Assembly: GCA_033764955.1 (NCBI GenBank)
Contig: JANRIL010000042.1
Span: forward strand, 132,205-196,204
Direction of reading: 5' to 3'
DNA from: Cyanobacteriota bacterium
Lineage (GTDB): Bacteria; Cyanobacteriota; Cyanobacteriia; Thermostichales; Thermostichaceae
DNA: 64,000 bases
Below are positions 38,832 through 48,586 of this stretch, in pieces (positions within the stretch are counted from its first letter, which is position 1; every line of letters starts with the position of its first letter). A model generated the notes under the pieces. The model saw nothing but the letters and a program-made list of their open reading frames with translations. It was not told the DNA's origin and did not search any database. The position numbers and the translations under genes are program-made.

Positions 38832-39587
38832 ATGAACCACCGCTTTCGCCACCTTCAGGATGTGCCCTGGCTCGCTATTTGGCAGTCGCTACGCCACAAC
38901 ACCCATACCCTCTTGATTCGCCTGAGTGGTTATACTCAGTCTTCTCCGTTAGCGGCTCCCCTATTCATTATTGTGACGGCGCTGGCTTTATTGCTTTGGC
39001 ACTGGCGGTTGGGGCTGTCTATTTTGTCGGGATCCCTGGTGATGATGGGCATCCATTTTTGGCAGGTGGGGGAAGGGCAGCAGCAGTGGCGGCGGCTCAA
39101 GCAATTCATTGGTAATGGACGGACACCTGTGGTAGGGGCGGTGGCCGGGGGGGCGGTGGCAACTCTGGGTACCTATACGATGGCTTCTATGTGGGCGGAA
39201 GCGGAGCAGCGCTGGCTGACTACGGGCGCAATGGTGCAGGGGATCGCCACCTTGATGGTATTGGGGCTGTTGCTCTGGGAGTGGGCACAGCGCCGTCAGC
39301 AGCAAACGGCTAGCCTGTTTGAGCGTTACCTAGCCGATATTGCCTCACCAGATGCCTTTAAGCGGTTGTTGGGGGTTCGCCGTCTGCAATCACTCATCCA
39401 GCAGGCGGATAGGGATCCTGATCAGACACGCCTAGCGGTGGATTATTTGCGGTTGGCACTTGATCAAGAATCGGTGGCGGTGGTGCGGGAGGCGATGCTA
39501 GAAGCTTTGCAGGGCTGGGGGATCCTACGTCGTTTGGATGCTCAGGGACAACCGACGGAAGTGACGCGGAAGGAACAGGTTTCTTAA
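38832..39587 (+). CDS. Hypothetical membrane protein with C-terminal HEAT-like helices
   Basis: Several TM segments; 'SPDAFKRLLGVRRL ... ESVAVVREAMLEAL'. Confidence 0.65.
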   Translation: MNHRFRHLQDVPWLAIWQSLRHNTHTLLIRLSGYTQSSPLAAPLFIIVTALALLLWHWRLGLSILSGSLVMMGIHFWQVGEGQQQWRRLKQFIGNGRTPVVGAVAGGAVATLGTYTMASMWAEAEQRWLTTGAMVQGIATLMVLGLLLWEWAQRRQQQTASLFERYLADIASPDAFKRLLGVRRLQSLIQQADRDPDQTRLAVDYLRLALDQESVAVVREAMLEALQGWGILRRLDAQGQPTEVTRKEQVS

Positions 39588-40002
39588 AGCCTGTCTGTTC
39601 TGTTCAAACCCTGAGAATCAAACCCTGAGAAAGGAGCTTTCGCGGCTGCATTTTGCTGACCATCCTATTACTTGCTGCTCAAAAGCCTTTTGGGGATATC
39701 TAACCAGGGATCTAAGATTTTCCGGATCCCTCGGATCAATTATTTAGGCTCACTATTGAGATCAATCATTAGCTTGTTTAGATTTTCCTAGAGGTGTTTT
39801 ACGGATAGCGAGAAGTGGCACTTATCTTTAGGCAAATCCTCAATAAATCAGGTGGAAATCGATCTAAAATTAGCTTGCTTGCAATCCACAATCTGTGACC
39901 CCACAGTCAACCTGAAAGTCATACCCTATGGGGATGAGCCTATTGGTTTTCAGGGTTTCTTGTGCAGGTGGTGTGGATGGATATAGACCCATGAGGTAAG
40001 TG

Positions 40003-40467
40003 ATGAAACGTCAACTGTGGACTATCTTGGGATCCCTAGCGATGGGATTGGCGACGGTGGCTTGTGGAGGGGAAAGTGAGACAACCACGATTCCCCCTGG
40101 TGTTGGCCCCCTGCCTCCGCCTGGAATTAGTTTGAATACGATAAACCCCAGCAATTTTGTTTTGGGGCAGCCGCTATTGTTTGATATCTCGGTGGTGAGT
40201 AATGCTCAGGCTGGCTATGCCAGCACCGATGCTTTTTTGGTGACGGTCACCCCGCCTCTAGGATCCCGAATTGGTGTAGAAACCATCGATATTTTTCAAG
40301 TACCGGGATGCGGTGTGACTCTTTCTTTCTGTAATCTGAATAACTACCCGATTGATGCCAGGGAAGTGCTGTTGACAGTTTCGGGCGACTATCTGGTCAC
40401 GGTCAGCGTTTTGGATGCTGAAGGGCGAGTGGCTCAGGCGGAAGGGGTGATTCGCGTCGATCTCTAG
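40003..40467 (+). CDS. Putative lipoprotein with Ig-like domain (paralog of 20366-21034)
   Basis: Lipobox 'TVAC'; 'GDYLVTVSVLDAEG'. Confidence 0.7.
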   Translation: MKRQLWTILGSLAMGLATVACGGESETTTIPPGVGPLPPPGISLNTINPSNFVLGQPLLFDISVVSNAQAGYASTDAFLVTVTPPLGSRIGVETIDIFQVPGCGVTLSFCNLNNYPIDAREVLLTVSGDYLVTVSVLDAEGRVAQAEGVIRVDL

Positions 40468-40775
40468 CAGCCTAACTGTGGGGATCCCTATCGCCCAATC
40501 CACTGAAACTCCCCATTGATTGGGCATCTCTCGAAAAATGAGTTAGGGATTCTGGGTCAACCAACGCGCCCAGGATTGGGGATCCAGGCTAACCCGTCAT
40601 TTACTGCCGATATTGGCTTTTGGGGGGATGGGAGATCCCTGTCTTTAGTTCAACCCTATCCCTGCCATCAGACTCCTCCATAAGTATCCACACGTAACTA
40701 GCAGCTAAATAGTTGACTCTTTTTGAAGGAGAGATGGTAGCATGTGCCTGTTTGTCCCCTATCCCTCAACTGAGT

Positions 40776-43031
40776 ATGCGCCTCTCCCCTCGACTCGTCT
40801 ATTGCTGCTTCATCGCGCTGGGGTTGAGCACTACTACTCTGACTGCTTGCACCACTTCCTCCCCCACCACTCTTCAAACTCCTGCCCACACACAGGTCTG
40901 GTTTGAAGGGGATCCCTCCACCTTTGACAGCATTGATGCCGCCATCGCCTTTGCCATTGCTGCCCTGCGCGATCCCCCCAACAATAATCCGGATCCCACT
41001 TCTGCCGAAATTGCTGCTGAAGTGCAAGCCCGTTTTGGCTTGACGGTGACTAATGAAGAGTTGAGCAGTGATGCAGGGTTTGTCTTGGCGGCCAGCGATT
41101 TTGATGGGGATGATAAGCCTGGAACAACAACCGATGCGGCAGTAGCTTTTGCCATTGCGGTGTTGCGCGAACCTCCCAACGACTTGGATTGTCCGACAGC
41201 GACGCAGGTGGAGGCGGAAGTCAAGGCTCGCTTTGGTCTGACGGTGAATGTGAGCAATCCTATTCCCTGCACCTCCACCACCAGTTATCCTCCTGGGGTG
41301 ATTCCCTCTCCCACACCTAAACCCACCCCCACACCTAAACCCACTCCCACCTCAACCCCGTCTCCGAGTCCCAGTCCATCACCAAGTCCCAGTCCATCAC
41401 CAAGTCCCAGTCCATCTCCAAGTCCCAGTCCATCACCAAGTCCCAGTCCATCTCCAAGTCCGACTATAGTCAACACCCTGGTGGATGAAAATGACACCGG
41501 ATCCGATTGCAGTCTGAGGGAAGCCATCATCGCTAACAACACTGGAGCTGACTTTGGCGGATGTGTGGATCCCCAAGGCACGATTGAGTTTGAACCAGGA
41601 CTGACAGGTACTATCACCATCACCAATTCAGCGTTGCCCCAAATCATTCAGGATGTGGAGATTGATGGGCCAGGAGCCAGCACCTTGGCAGTCAGTGGCG
41701 ATAACCAATTCCGCGTCTTTGAGATTGGAGCCACCAATAACCCAGTTGTAACCATCGAAGGGTTGACTCTCACCGAAGGATTGGCAACCAGTGACAACGG
41801 CGGTGCTATTCTCAGTGCCAGCACCGGACTGTTGACCATCGACAGTGTGACCATTTCCAATAGCACTGCCAGCGGATTGCTTCCCAATGGGCAAGGAGGC
41901 GGGATCTATGCCACCACAGCGACAGTGACCAACAGCACCCTCAGCGGCAATACCGCAAGCTTTGGCGGCGGGATTAATGCCACTACTGCAACGGTGAGCG
42001 ACAGCACCCTCACTGGCAATAGCGCGGGAGCCTCTGGCGGCGGGATCTATGCCACCAGTGCAATGGTGAGCGACAGCACCCTCAGCGACAATAGCGCCGG
42101 ATCCCAGGGCGGCGGGATCTGGGCCGGCAACGCGACAGTGAGCAACAGCACCCTCATTGGCAATAGCACCGGATCCTTAGGCGGCGGGATCTTTGCCTCC
42201 ACCGCAACGGTGAGCGACAGCACCCTCAGCGGCAATAGCGCCGGATCCCAGGGCGGTGGGATTCGTGCCATCACCGCGAACGTGAGCAACAGCACCCTCA
42301 GCGGCAATAGCGCGGGAGACGATGGGGGCGGGGTCTGGGCCAACAACACCGTGACAGTGAGCAATAGCACCATTAGCGGCAATAGCGCGGGAACTAATGG
42401 TAGTAGTGGCGGCGGGATCCTTAGCAGTACAGTGACCGTAAGTGGCAGCACCCTCAGCGGCAATAGTGCTGAAAGGGGGGGTGGGATCTTTGCCGGCTCT
42501 GTCAACGTCATCAACAGCACCCTCAGCGGCAATACCGCTGGCTCCAGCGGGGGCGGTATTGATGCCAACGCTGGTGAGGCAACAATAATTAATAGCACCC
42601 TCAGCGGCAATAGCGCGGCATACTATGGCGGTGGGGTTCGTTCCAGGGTGCTTGCCTACAACACCATTATCAGCGGCAACACCGCGCCAACTCGCCCAGA
42701 ATGCGGCAGTGTATCACTGGGTAGCAACAATATCTTTGGATTTGGCAATGATGATGGGAACTGTGGATCAAATGGTATCACCCCATCCGGTGCCCTCAAC
42801 ACCATCCTCAGTCCCTTAGCCGACAATGGTGGCTTCATCCCTGGCACACCAGGATCCACAGCCGGGATCCAAACCCATGCCCTACCTGCTGGCAGCCCTG
42901 CTATCGACGCGGGGGATAATGACGAAGCGGTTGATGCTAATGGCAACCCCTTAGCCACCGACCAACGGGGATCTGGCTTCCCGCGTATTGTCAACACGAC
43001 AGTGGATATCGGATCCTTTGAGGTGCAGTAG
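40776..43031 (+). CDS. Surface lipoprotein: dockerin-like module + Pro/Ser linker + CSLREA motif + beta-helix repeats + choice-of-anchor Q-type C-terminus
   Basis: Lipobox 'LTAC'; 'CSLREAI'; repeated 'STLSGNSA..GGGI'; 'LADNGG...THAL..GSPAIDAG...TDQRG...R......DIGSFEVQ'. Confidence 0.85.
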   Translation: MRLSPRLVYCCFIALGLSTTTLTACTTSSPTTLQTPAHTQVWFEGDPSTFDSIDAAIAFAIAALRDPPNNNPDPTSAEIAAEVQARFGLTVTNEELSSDAGFVLAASDFDGDDKPGTTTDAAVAFAIAVLREPPNDLDCPTATQVEAEVKARFGLTVNVSNPIPCTSTTSYPPGVIPSPTPKPTPTPKPTPTSTPSPSPSPSPSPSPSPSPSPSPSPSPSPSPSPSPSPTIVNTLVDENDTGSDCSLREAIIANNTGADFGGCVDPQGTIEFEPGLTGTITITNSALPQIIQDVEIDGPGASTLAVSGDNQFRVFEIGATNNPVVTIEGLTLTEGLATSDNGGAILSASTGLLTIDSVTISNSTASGLLPNGQGGGIYATTATVTNSTLSGNTASFGGGINATTATVSDSTLTGNSAGASGGGIYATSAMVSDSTLSDNSAGSQGGGIWAGNATVSNSTLIGNSTGSLGGGIFASTATVSDSTLSGNSAGSQGGGIRAITANVSNSTLSGNSAGDDGGGVWANNTVTVSNSTISGNSAGTNGSSGGGILSSTVTVSGSTLSGNSAERGGGIFAGSVNVINSTLSGNTAGSSGGGIDANAGEATIINSTLSGNSAAYYGGGVRSRVLAYNTIISGNTAPTRPECGSVSLGSNNIFGFGNDDGNCGSNGITPSGALNTILSPLADNGGFIPGTPGSTAGIQTHALPAGSPAIDAGDNDEAVDANGNPLATDQRGSGFPRIVNTTVDIGSFEVQ
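41367..41456 (+). repeat. Five 18-bp units AGTCCCAGTCCATC(A/T)CCA encoding a (Ser-Pro)n linker
   Basis: Read directly from the sequence. Confidence 0.9.
41895..42640 (+). repeat. Coding tandem repeats (about 63-72 bp) with core AGCACCCTCAGCGGCAATA, beta-helix coils
   Basis: Repeated core kept in frame within the adhesin-like CDS. Confidence 0.85.
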
Positions 43032-43033
43032 GG

Positions 43034-43837
43034 TTAGGGATCCAAAGTTTGGGCTACTTGGTCGGGGGAGAGGTTCAATCGTTGGGCAATCTCTTCCACC
43101 GACAGCCCCAACTCCGCCAAAATTGGCACAGCTTCCTGCTTACCCAATTGGATCCCTTCTTGTTTACCAATCTGGATCCCTTCATTCAGGGTCTCTTCCT
43201 TCCATTTCAGATAAGCCGGTGACAGGTTCATAATCAGCTCCCTCTCTTCTTCTCTTTGCGCTTCTGTCTTCTCATCCAGCATAATCTTCCAATTCCCCAA
43301 TAGTTCCAATACCCGACTCCGGTTCGGATCCCCTGTCGGCAACCCTATTACTTCCTCAATCGCCCGCTTCTGAAACCCTTCCCGCCCCAAAAGCCGAATC
43401 CACAACGTCTCACGGGTTTTGGGCAACTGATGGATCACCACAATCGCCCCATTCAAGCCGCTGGGTAAGTGATGGATCCCTTGTTCCCCCACTGCTCCAA
43501 ATAGATTCAGGATCCGCTCTGAGGCAGTGGGAGTCAGGATCCACAAATAGGGAACAACGTGGGATCCCTGTCGCTCTTGTTTGACCCGCACCATCAGGGC
43601 CTTGAGCAAACAGGACTGAATACTTTTTTCGTCCACTGGATTACGAAACGGCTCCATCAAACAGGGAATCCGAGTCATCTGTCCCAACAAGCCCAACTCC
43701 TCCGGATCCCGACTGGGTTCAAAATAGAGATCCACAAAGCGGGGTTCATCGCTAATTTCCAGGTTGGTGACGGTCATGCCGAAGGGATCCAAAAACTCAC
43801 ACAGCAGACTTTTGGCAAACTGGTCATGGAGGGTCAC
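43034..43837 (-). CDS. Rpn-like / PD-(D/E)XK-like cyanobacterial protein with EGIQ repeats and C-terminal HTH-like tail
   Basis: 'HDQFAK...E....RFVDLYFEP...LGLLG......EPFRN', 'HQLPKTRETLWIRLLG', 'MNLSPAY...EGIQ.GKQ'. Confidence 0.7.
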   Translation of the reverse strand: MTLHDQFAKSLLCEFLDPFGMTVTNLEISDEPRFVDLYFEPSRDPEELGLLGQMTRIPCLMEPFRNPVDEKSIQSCLLKALMVRVKQERQGSHVVPYLWILTPTASERILNLFGAVGEQGIHHLPSGLNGAIVVIHQLPKTRETLWIRLLGREGFQKRAIEEVIGLPTGDPNRSRVLELLGNWKIMLDEKTEAQREEERELIMNLSPAYLKWKEETLNEGIQIGKQEGIQLGKQEAVPILAELGLSVEEIAQRLNLSPDQVAQTLDP

Positions 43838-44661
43838 AACAGCTCCTGGGGATCCTCATACTCTTGCTGTAACTGCTGCACCTGCTCCAGGGTCAGCTCA
43901 GTTGCCATAGCAATTTGTTGGGGATCCAAACCCATCGCCAAGAGATGGCGGGCGGTTTGTTGTTTGGTGCGTTCTTCCCCAATTTGGATCCCTTCTTGTT
44001 TGCCCAGTTGGATCCCTTCTGCCAGAGCTTCCTGTCGCCATTCTTGATAAATCGCTGACTCTCTCATGGTCATCTCTCCTAAAATCCTTTTGACCAGCTC
44101 TTTGTTCAATGCTATCCCTGCCAACACCGCCGTTGCCGCTGCAATATCTGCCCTCACCCCCTCATCCACAATCCTTTCAATCTCCCCCGCCACCTGCCGC
44201 AATCGCTCCTCCCCATGTTGGGGATCCGTCAACACCACCAACGGCAATAACCCTGTTAATCCGGCTAACTGCTCTGGATCCTGTTCCCACAGCCGAATCA
44301 CCTCAAACTCATGCACCAGGGATCCCCGTTGGTAGGCACTCACTTGAGCCAGTGGGGATCCCGTTTGTTTGAGATAGATGACGATTTGCCGAATTTGAAT
44401 GATGGGATCCGGATAACGCCGTTGTAACCTCAACGCATAATCCGCCATGCGAAAAGCGATATCGGGTTTGGGAACCGTTTGAAACTCCAAATGCAGAATC
44501 AACGTTGGGGATTCCAACACCACCGAATCGGCACGGATGGGATCCACCATCAGTTCTGAGGACTGGATTTCCGCAAAAGGAAACGTTTGCCCCAACAACC
44601 AGAGGGAAAAATCATCTTGAAAACATTGGCGCAAATATTTACACAGGTTGTCAAAGGCCAT
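43834..44661 (-). CDS. Rpn family recombination-promoting nuclease / putative transposase
   Basis: 'FDNLCKYL', 'PIRADS', 'ILHLEFQT', 'RMADY..R', 'VIRLWEQ', 'MRESAIYQ...EG'; ATGA overlap with the next gene. Confidence 0.85.
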   Translation of the reverse strand: MAFDNLCKYLRQCFQDDFSLWLLGQTFPFAEIQSSELMVDPIRADSVVLESPTLILHLEFQTVPKPDIAFRMADYALRLQRRYPDPIIQIRQIVIYLKQTGSPLAQVSAYQRGSLVHEFEVIRLWEQDPEQLAGLTGLLPLVVLTDPQHGEERLRQVAGEIERIVDEGVRADIAAATAVLAGIALNKELVKRILGEMTMRESAIYQEWRQEALAEGIQLGKQEGIQIGEERTKQQTARHLLAMGLDPQQIAMATELTLEQVQQLQQEYEDPQELL

Positions 44662-44741
44662 GAAAACAGTTGATGCGGCGTTATGGCAGCAGTCTACATC
44701 AGGGATCCCTTGTCACTGGCTTACGGATCCCAGGATCGGCT

Positions 44742-44887
44742 CGGATTGTGAATAGCACTGTCAACATGGGATCTTTTGAGGTGCAGAACTAGGGATCCAA
44801 CGCTTGCGCCACCTGGGTGGGAGAGAGATTCAACCGTTGAGCAATCTCACTTGCTTACAGCCCCAGCTCCGCCAAAATCGGTACAGA
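44742..44887. pseudogene. Decayed copy of the adhesin 3' end / rpn 3' end junction (matches 42984-43131)
   Basis: Plus strand reads RIVNSTVNMGSFEVQN*; minus strand reads VPILAELGL*ASEIAQRLNLSPTQVAQALDP*. Confidence 0.85.
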
Positions 44888-45212
44888 GGACAACTTGCAT
44901 GGTGGGGATCCTTCTGGTTTGATTTCCTTGTACCAGGATGACTCTCTCAATCAGAACTGACTCAATAAACGGTTTGCATTCCTACATGAGAGAAAGCGTA
45001 TTAGGAGGTACATCTCAATCTCCTCCCTTTCCTGTAGATTATAAATAAATACTTAAAAACTGTTTCAGTCTCTTGCGAATCAACAAGTTGCCTGTAGGAT
45101 TCCTGCCAACATATCTGGCAATGGTGGTGGGAGTAATTATGCTCCTTGAATATAGGCAACCGATAGCAACGGGCTGGTAAACAACCTTGATCTATTCAGG
45201 AGCCAGCAGAAA

Positions 45213-46103
45213 ATGTCGTCTACAAGAAAGTCTGAGGTTGAACCAGCCAAGCCCAATCCTTCCTTACTTCCCTATTCACCTATTGTCTCCAGCCACTCAG
45301 TCGGTTGGGAAAATTTACAACTGGCACTCTTTCAAATGCCTTCCCACCGTATTCCTGAGCATCGACCCACCTATCACACGATTTGCATTAACTATGGCAA
45401 GCCAGTTCAGGTTGAACTCTCAGTCGATGGAAAGCCATGGGTCAGACATTCTTATCCCACCGATGTTTGTATCTTTCCTGCCAATCTCTGGCAATCCTTT
45501 CAGTGGCAACAGGAAGTCACCTTCCTCGATCTGTTTTTTGAGCAAAGTCTCCTTACTCAAACAGGCCGTGAACTTTTTGAATACGATCAGGTCGAGTTGA
45601 TCCCCATCTTGCAAACCCGCTTTGATCCCTTGATTTATGAAATGGCCAATGCCCTCAAAGCTTCTCTAGAAAGGGATCCCTCCGCCAGCAAGCTCTACGG
45701 TGATACGATGGCGAATGCCTTGGCTGTTCACTTGCTGACCCACTACTCCAATCATAAGCTCACACCAAAAAAGCATTCCCAAGGACTTTCCGAACACCAG
45801 CTCAAGCGGGTGATTACCCATATGCACGATTGTTTGGATCAGGATCTGCGATTGAGCGATTTGGCTCGACTGATTCATCTGAGTCCCTATCATTTTGCCC
45901 GCCTGTTTAAGCAAGCGACTGGTATGGCTCCCCACCGATATCACATCCAATGTCGGATTGATCGAGCCAAACAACTGCTCAAAGCAAGAGAACTAAGTCT
46001 AGCCGAGATTGCCACCAGCGTAGGGTTTGCCAGTCAAGGTCATCTCAACTATCATTTCAAGCAGCATGTTGGACTTACTCCCAAAGCGTTTCTGCGACAG
46101 TAG
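45213..46103 (+). CDS. AraC-family transcriptional regulator
   Basis: 'LSPYHFARLFKQATG..PH.Y....RIDRAKQLL', 'SLAEIATSVGFASQGHL..HFK..VG.TP'. Confidence 0.95.
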   Translation: MSSTRKSEVEPAKPNPSLLPYSPIVSSHSVGWENLQLALFQMPSHRIPEHRPTYHTICINYGKPVQVELSVDGKPWVRHSYPTDVCIFPANLWQSFQWQQEVTFLDLFFEQSLLTQTGRELFEYDQVELIPILQTRFDPLIYEMANALKASLERDPSASKLYGDTMANALAVHLLTHYSNHKLTPKKHSQGLSEHQLKRVITHMHDCLDQDLRLSDLARLIHLSPYHFARLFKQATGMAPHRYHIQCRIDRAKQLLKARELSLAEIATSVGFASQGHLNYHFKQHVGLTPKAFLRQ

Positions 46104-46137
46104 CAAGAATTTGTAAAAACGGTGCAAAAGCTTTGAA
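46103..46137 (+). promoter_or_regulatory. Candidate AraC/XylS direct-repeat site
   Basis: GCAAGAATTTGTAA (46103) and GCAAAAGCTTTGAA (46124), 21-bp spacing. Confidence 0.5.
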
Positions 46138-46204
46138 TACAGGCTGATTGAGCGTGCCTAATACTGGAGGGGCTGAACTCAATTAGATCAAGCGTTACCG
46201 TTAT

Positions 46205-47482
46205 ATGCTGAACTGTTTATCCCCACTTAGTTACCGTTCGGGAGATTTGCAAACCTACCTAGCAGAACTGGTCAAAGGGATCCACCGCCTGATTCAATCC
46301 GATCAGACTGTCGTAATCATGGGTGGGTCAGAAGCTGGACACATGATAGCCAGTAGTCCCGATTTAGGGGACGAAATAACCCTTCTTTCTCTGCATAATA
46401 CCCTAGCTGATTATGTTATAAAATCCGGTCAACCCCTCATGATCGAAGATTGCTACGACTGCCCCAAAGAACTTCCCAATTGCTCAGCACTCCAGAAGGA
46501 ATATCGAGCATATTTAGGGGTTCCTCTAAAAACTATTGGGGGAGTTGTATTAGGAACCATCTGCTCCTTCCAACAGTCTCCCCGCCATTTTTCCGAGGGT
46601 GAGCTGGCGATGATTGAATCCTTTGCAGAAAGAGCAGCCACAGCCATCGAAAATTTTCAACTCTATCAGCATCAACAGCAACTCAATGAAAAGCTGCTGC
46701 AAGAAGTGAGCCGATGTCTGACCAATCTCAAAGAGATGCAACAAAAGCTAAGCGAGCGGGAACGATTGGCGGCTATTGGAGAGTTTACGGCGATGATCGT
46801 GCATGAAATTCGTAATCCCCTGACGACGATTGAGATGGGCTTGCGATACGCTCAACGCACCCTCGGTTGTGAAGCTGCTCAACAACGCATTAGCCTATCT
46901 CTCAGCGAGTCTTATCGCCTTAATCGCCTTTTACAGAGAATCCTTAGTTATGCCAAGCCGCAAATCCTACAGCTTTCGTTAATCAATATGGGTGATTTTC
47001 TGGATGATATCCTCCTGTTGATTCATGAGCTTCCAGAGGCAGCCGAGCGTTATATTTCCTGTGTTAAGAAAATAACCGATGTTTACATTCTTGCTGATAG
47101 TGATCAACTAAAGCAAGTTTTCTTAAATCTATTTCGTAATGCTTTAGAAGCTATCTCTACTCATGAAACCGTTAACTGCTTGATTGATTATGGCCTCAGT
47201 TCCGAATGGGTCTGCATTGCCATGCATAATGGTGGGGATCCCGTTCCTGTCGATTTATTGGATCGATTGACAACCCCATTTTTCTCAACAAAACCATCGG
47301 GGACAGGGCTAGGATTGGCAATCTCAAAACAAATTGTGGTTGCTCATGGCGGGGAGCTGGAGATTGAATCAGTAACTTCAGGAACTACCGTGAAAGTTCA
47401 TTTGCCTGTCTATAAAATGAATCACAGAATACATGAACTTTCTGATCATAAAGAGTTGCTGAGCCAGGATGTCATTACCTAA
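46205..47482 (+). CDS. GAF-domain sensor histidine kinase
   Basis: GAF 'YLGVPL...GTIC'; H-box 'VHEIRNPL'; N-box 'QVFLNLFRNA'; 'PFFSTK.SGTGLGL'. Confidence 0.95.
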   Translation: MLNCLSPLSYRSGDLQTYLAELVKGIHRLIQSDQTVVIMGGSEAGHMIASSPDLGDEITLLSLHNTLADYVIKSGQPLMIEDCYDCPKELPNCSALQKEYRAYLGVPLKTIGGVVLGTICSFQQSPRHFSEGELAMIESFAERAATAIENFQLYQHQQQLNEKLLQEVSRCLTNLKEMQQKLSERERLAAIGEFTAMIVHEIRNPLTTIEMGLRYAQRTLGCEAAQQRISLSLSESYRLNRLLQRILSYAKPQILQLSLINMGDFLDDILLLIHELPEAAERYISCVKKITDVYILADSDQLKQVFLNLFRNALEAISTHETVNCLIDYGLSSEWVCIAMHNGGDPVPVDLLDRLTTPFFSTKPSGTGLGLAISKQIVVAHGGELEIESVTSGTTVKVHLPVYKMNHRIHELSDHKELLSQDVIT

Positions 47483-47605
47483 TGATTGATCCAGATTTGA
47501 AAAGAGGGTTTGACAAGCTACTAGCCCACTATCTATCCTAGGCTTAGTGAAATCTACCATTGAAAATCGAGCCGTTGCAACGGTCTCATAATCAGGGAGG
47601 ATATC

Positions 47606-47839
47606 TTGATGCTGGCGTTAGAGGGGCTACCGATTTTAGCAGCATTATTGATTGCTATTTTGTTGATTGGTTTACTAATTCGTGTAGTCAAAGAAACTAT
47701 TTGGACAGGCTTAGGGATCCTCGTTATTTTGGCTATTTTGTTTTTTTTGTTTGGCATCACACCCTTGAGTATTTTTCGAGAAATGATGGCGTTACCCTCT
47801 CATTGGCAAGAACTTTGGCAACGTTTTTTTGGGGGATAG
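47606..47839 (+). CDS. Small hypothetical membrane protein
   Basis: Two hydrophobic helices; GGAGG upstream. Confidence 0.7.
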   Translation: MMLALEGLPILAALLIAILLIGLLIRVVKETIWTGLGILVILAILFFLFGITPLSIFREMMALPSHWQELWQRFFGG

Positions 47840-47858
47840 ACGATAATCTGGAGAGACT

Positions 47859-48383
47859 ATGGGGACAACCATCATTCGCCCTTGGCAAGCACAGGATCGT
47901 CTAGCCGCCGCCGCCGTGGTGGAATCGGTTTTGCGGGAATATGGCTTGCCTTGGGAACCAGAAACGACCGATCGAGAAGTCTTAGAGGTGGAAAGCCACT
48001 ATCTCGCCGTTGGTGGAGAGTTTTGGGTGGTGGAAGCCCAGCATCCAGAGGGTGCTCAGGTGGTGGGGACGGGAGGGTATTTCCCGATTGCACGGGGAGA
48101 AAAATCAGTGGAAATTCGCAAGATGTATCTGTTGCCTGAGGTACGGGGGCGGGGTTTGGGACGACAACTGTTGACCCACCTAGAGGGATCCATTGCGGCT
48201 CATGGCTTTCAGGCGATCTGGGTAGAAACGGCGAGTGTTTTGTGGCAGGCGGTGGCTCTCTATGAATCGGCGGGCTATCGCATTCCGGATCCGCCTGTGA
48301 AGGTTGGGGTTGCCCGATGTGATCGCATTTATGTCAAATATCTGAACACATGCAGCATGAATGCATCATTGAAGGAAGATTGA
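47859..48383 (+). CDS. GNAT N-acetyltransferase
   Basis: 'EIRKMYLLPEVRGRGLG', 'ETASVL..AVALYE..GY'. Confidence 0.92.
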   Translation: MGTTIIRPWQAQDRLAAAAVVESVLREYGLPWEPETTDREVLEVESHYLAVGGEFWVVEAQHPEGAQVVGTGGYFPIARGEKSVEIRKMYLLPEVRGRGLGRQLLTHLEGSIAAHGFQAIWVETASVLWQAVALYESAGYRIPDPPVKVGVARCDRIYVKYLNTCSMNASLKED

Positions 48384-48586
48384 AAAGCATCAACCCTTTT
48401 CTGAACTTATAAAGCCTGACTTGAATAAGCGCGATCAAGAGATTATCAATAACTCTTTATAATTCTTAATGAAGGAACTCAAGACTCTCGTTTATGGTTT
48501 GAGTAGCTTCAGAGATTTATTGAAACTCGCGTCACTTCTTGAGTATTTTACAACACATATCCGTTGTCATTTAATTTTTATCACCT

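Noticed and set aside
41895..42640. CRISPR-like periodic repeats
   Set aside because: They are in-frame beta-helix coding repeats whose 'spacers' resemble each other; no cas genes or leader.
43034..44887. Classical IS element around the rpn genes
   Set aside because: No terminal inverted repeats or target-site duplication found; the flanking repeat consists of gene ends.
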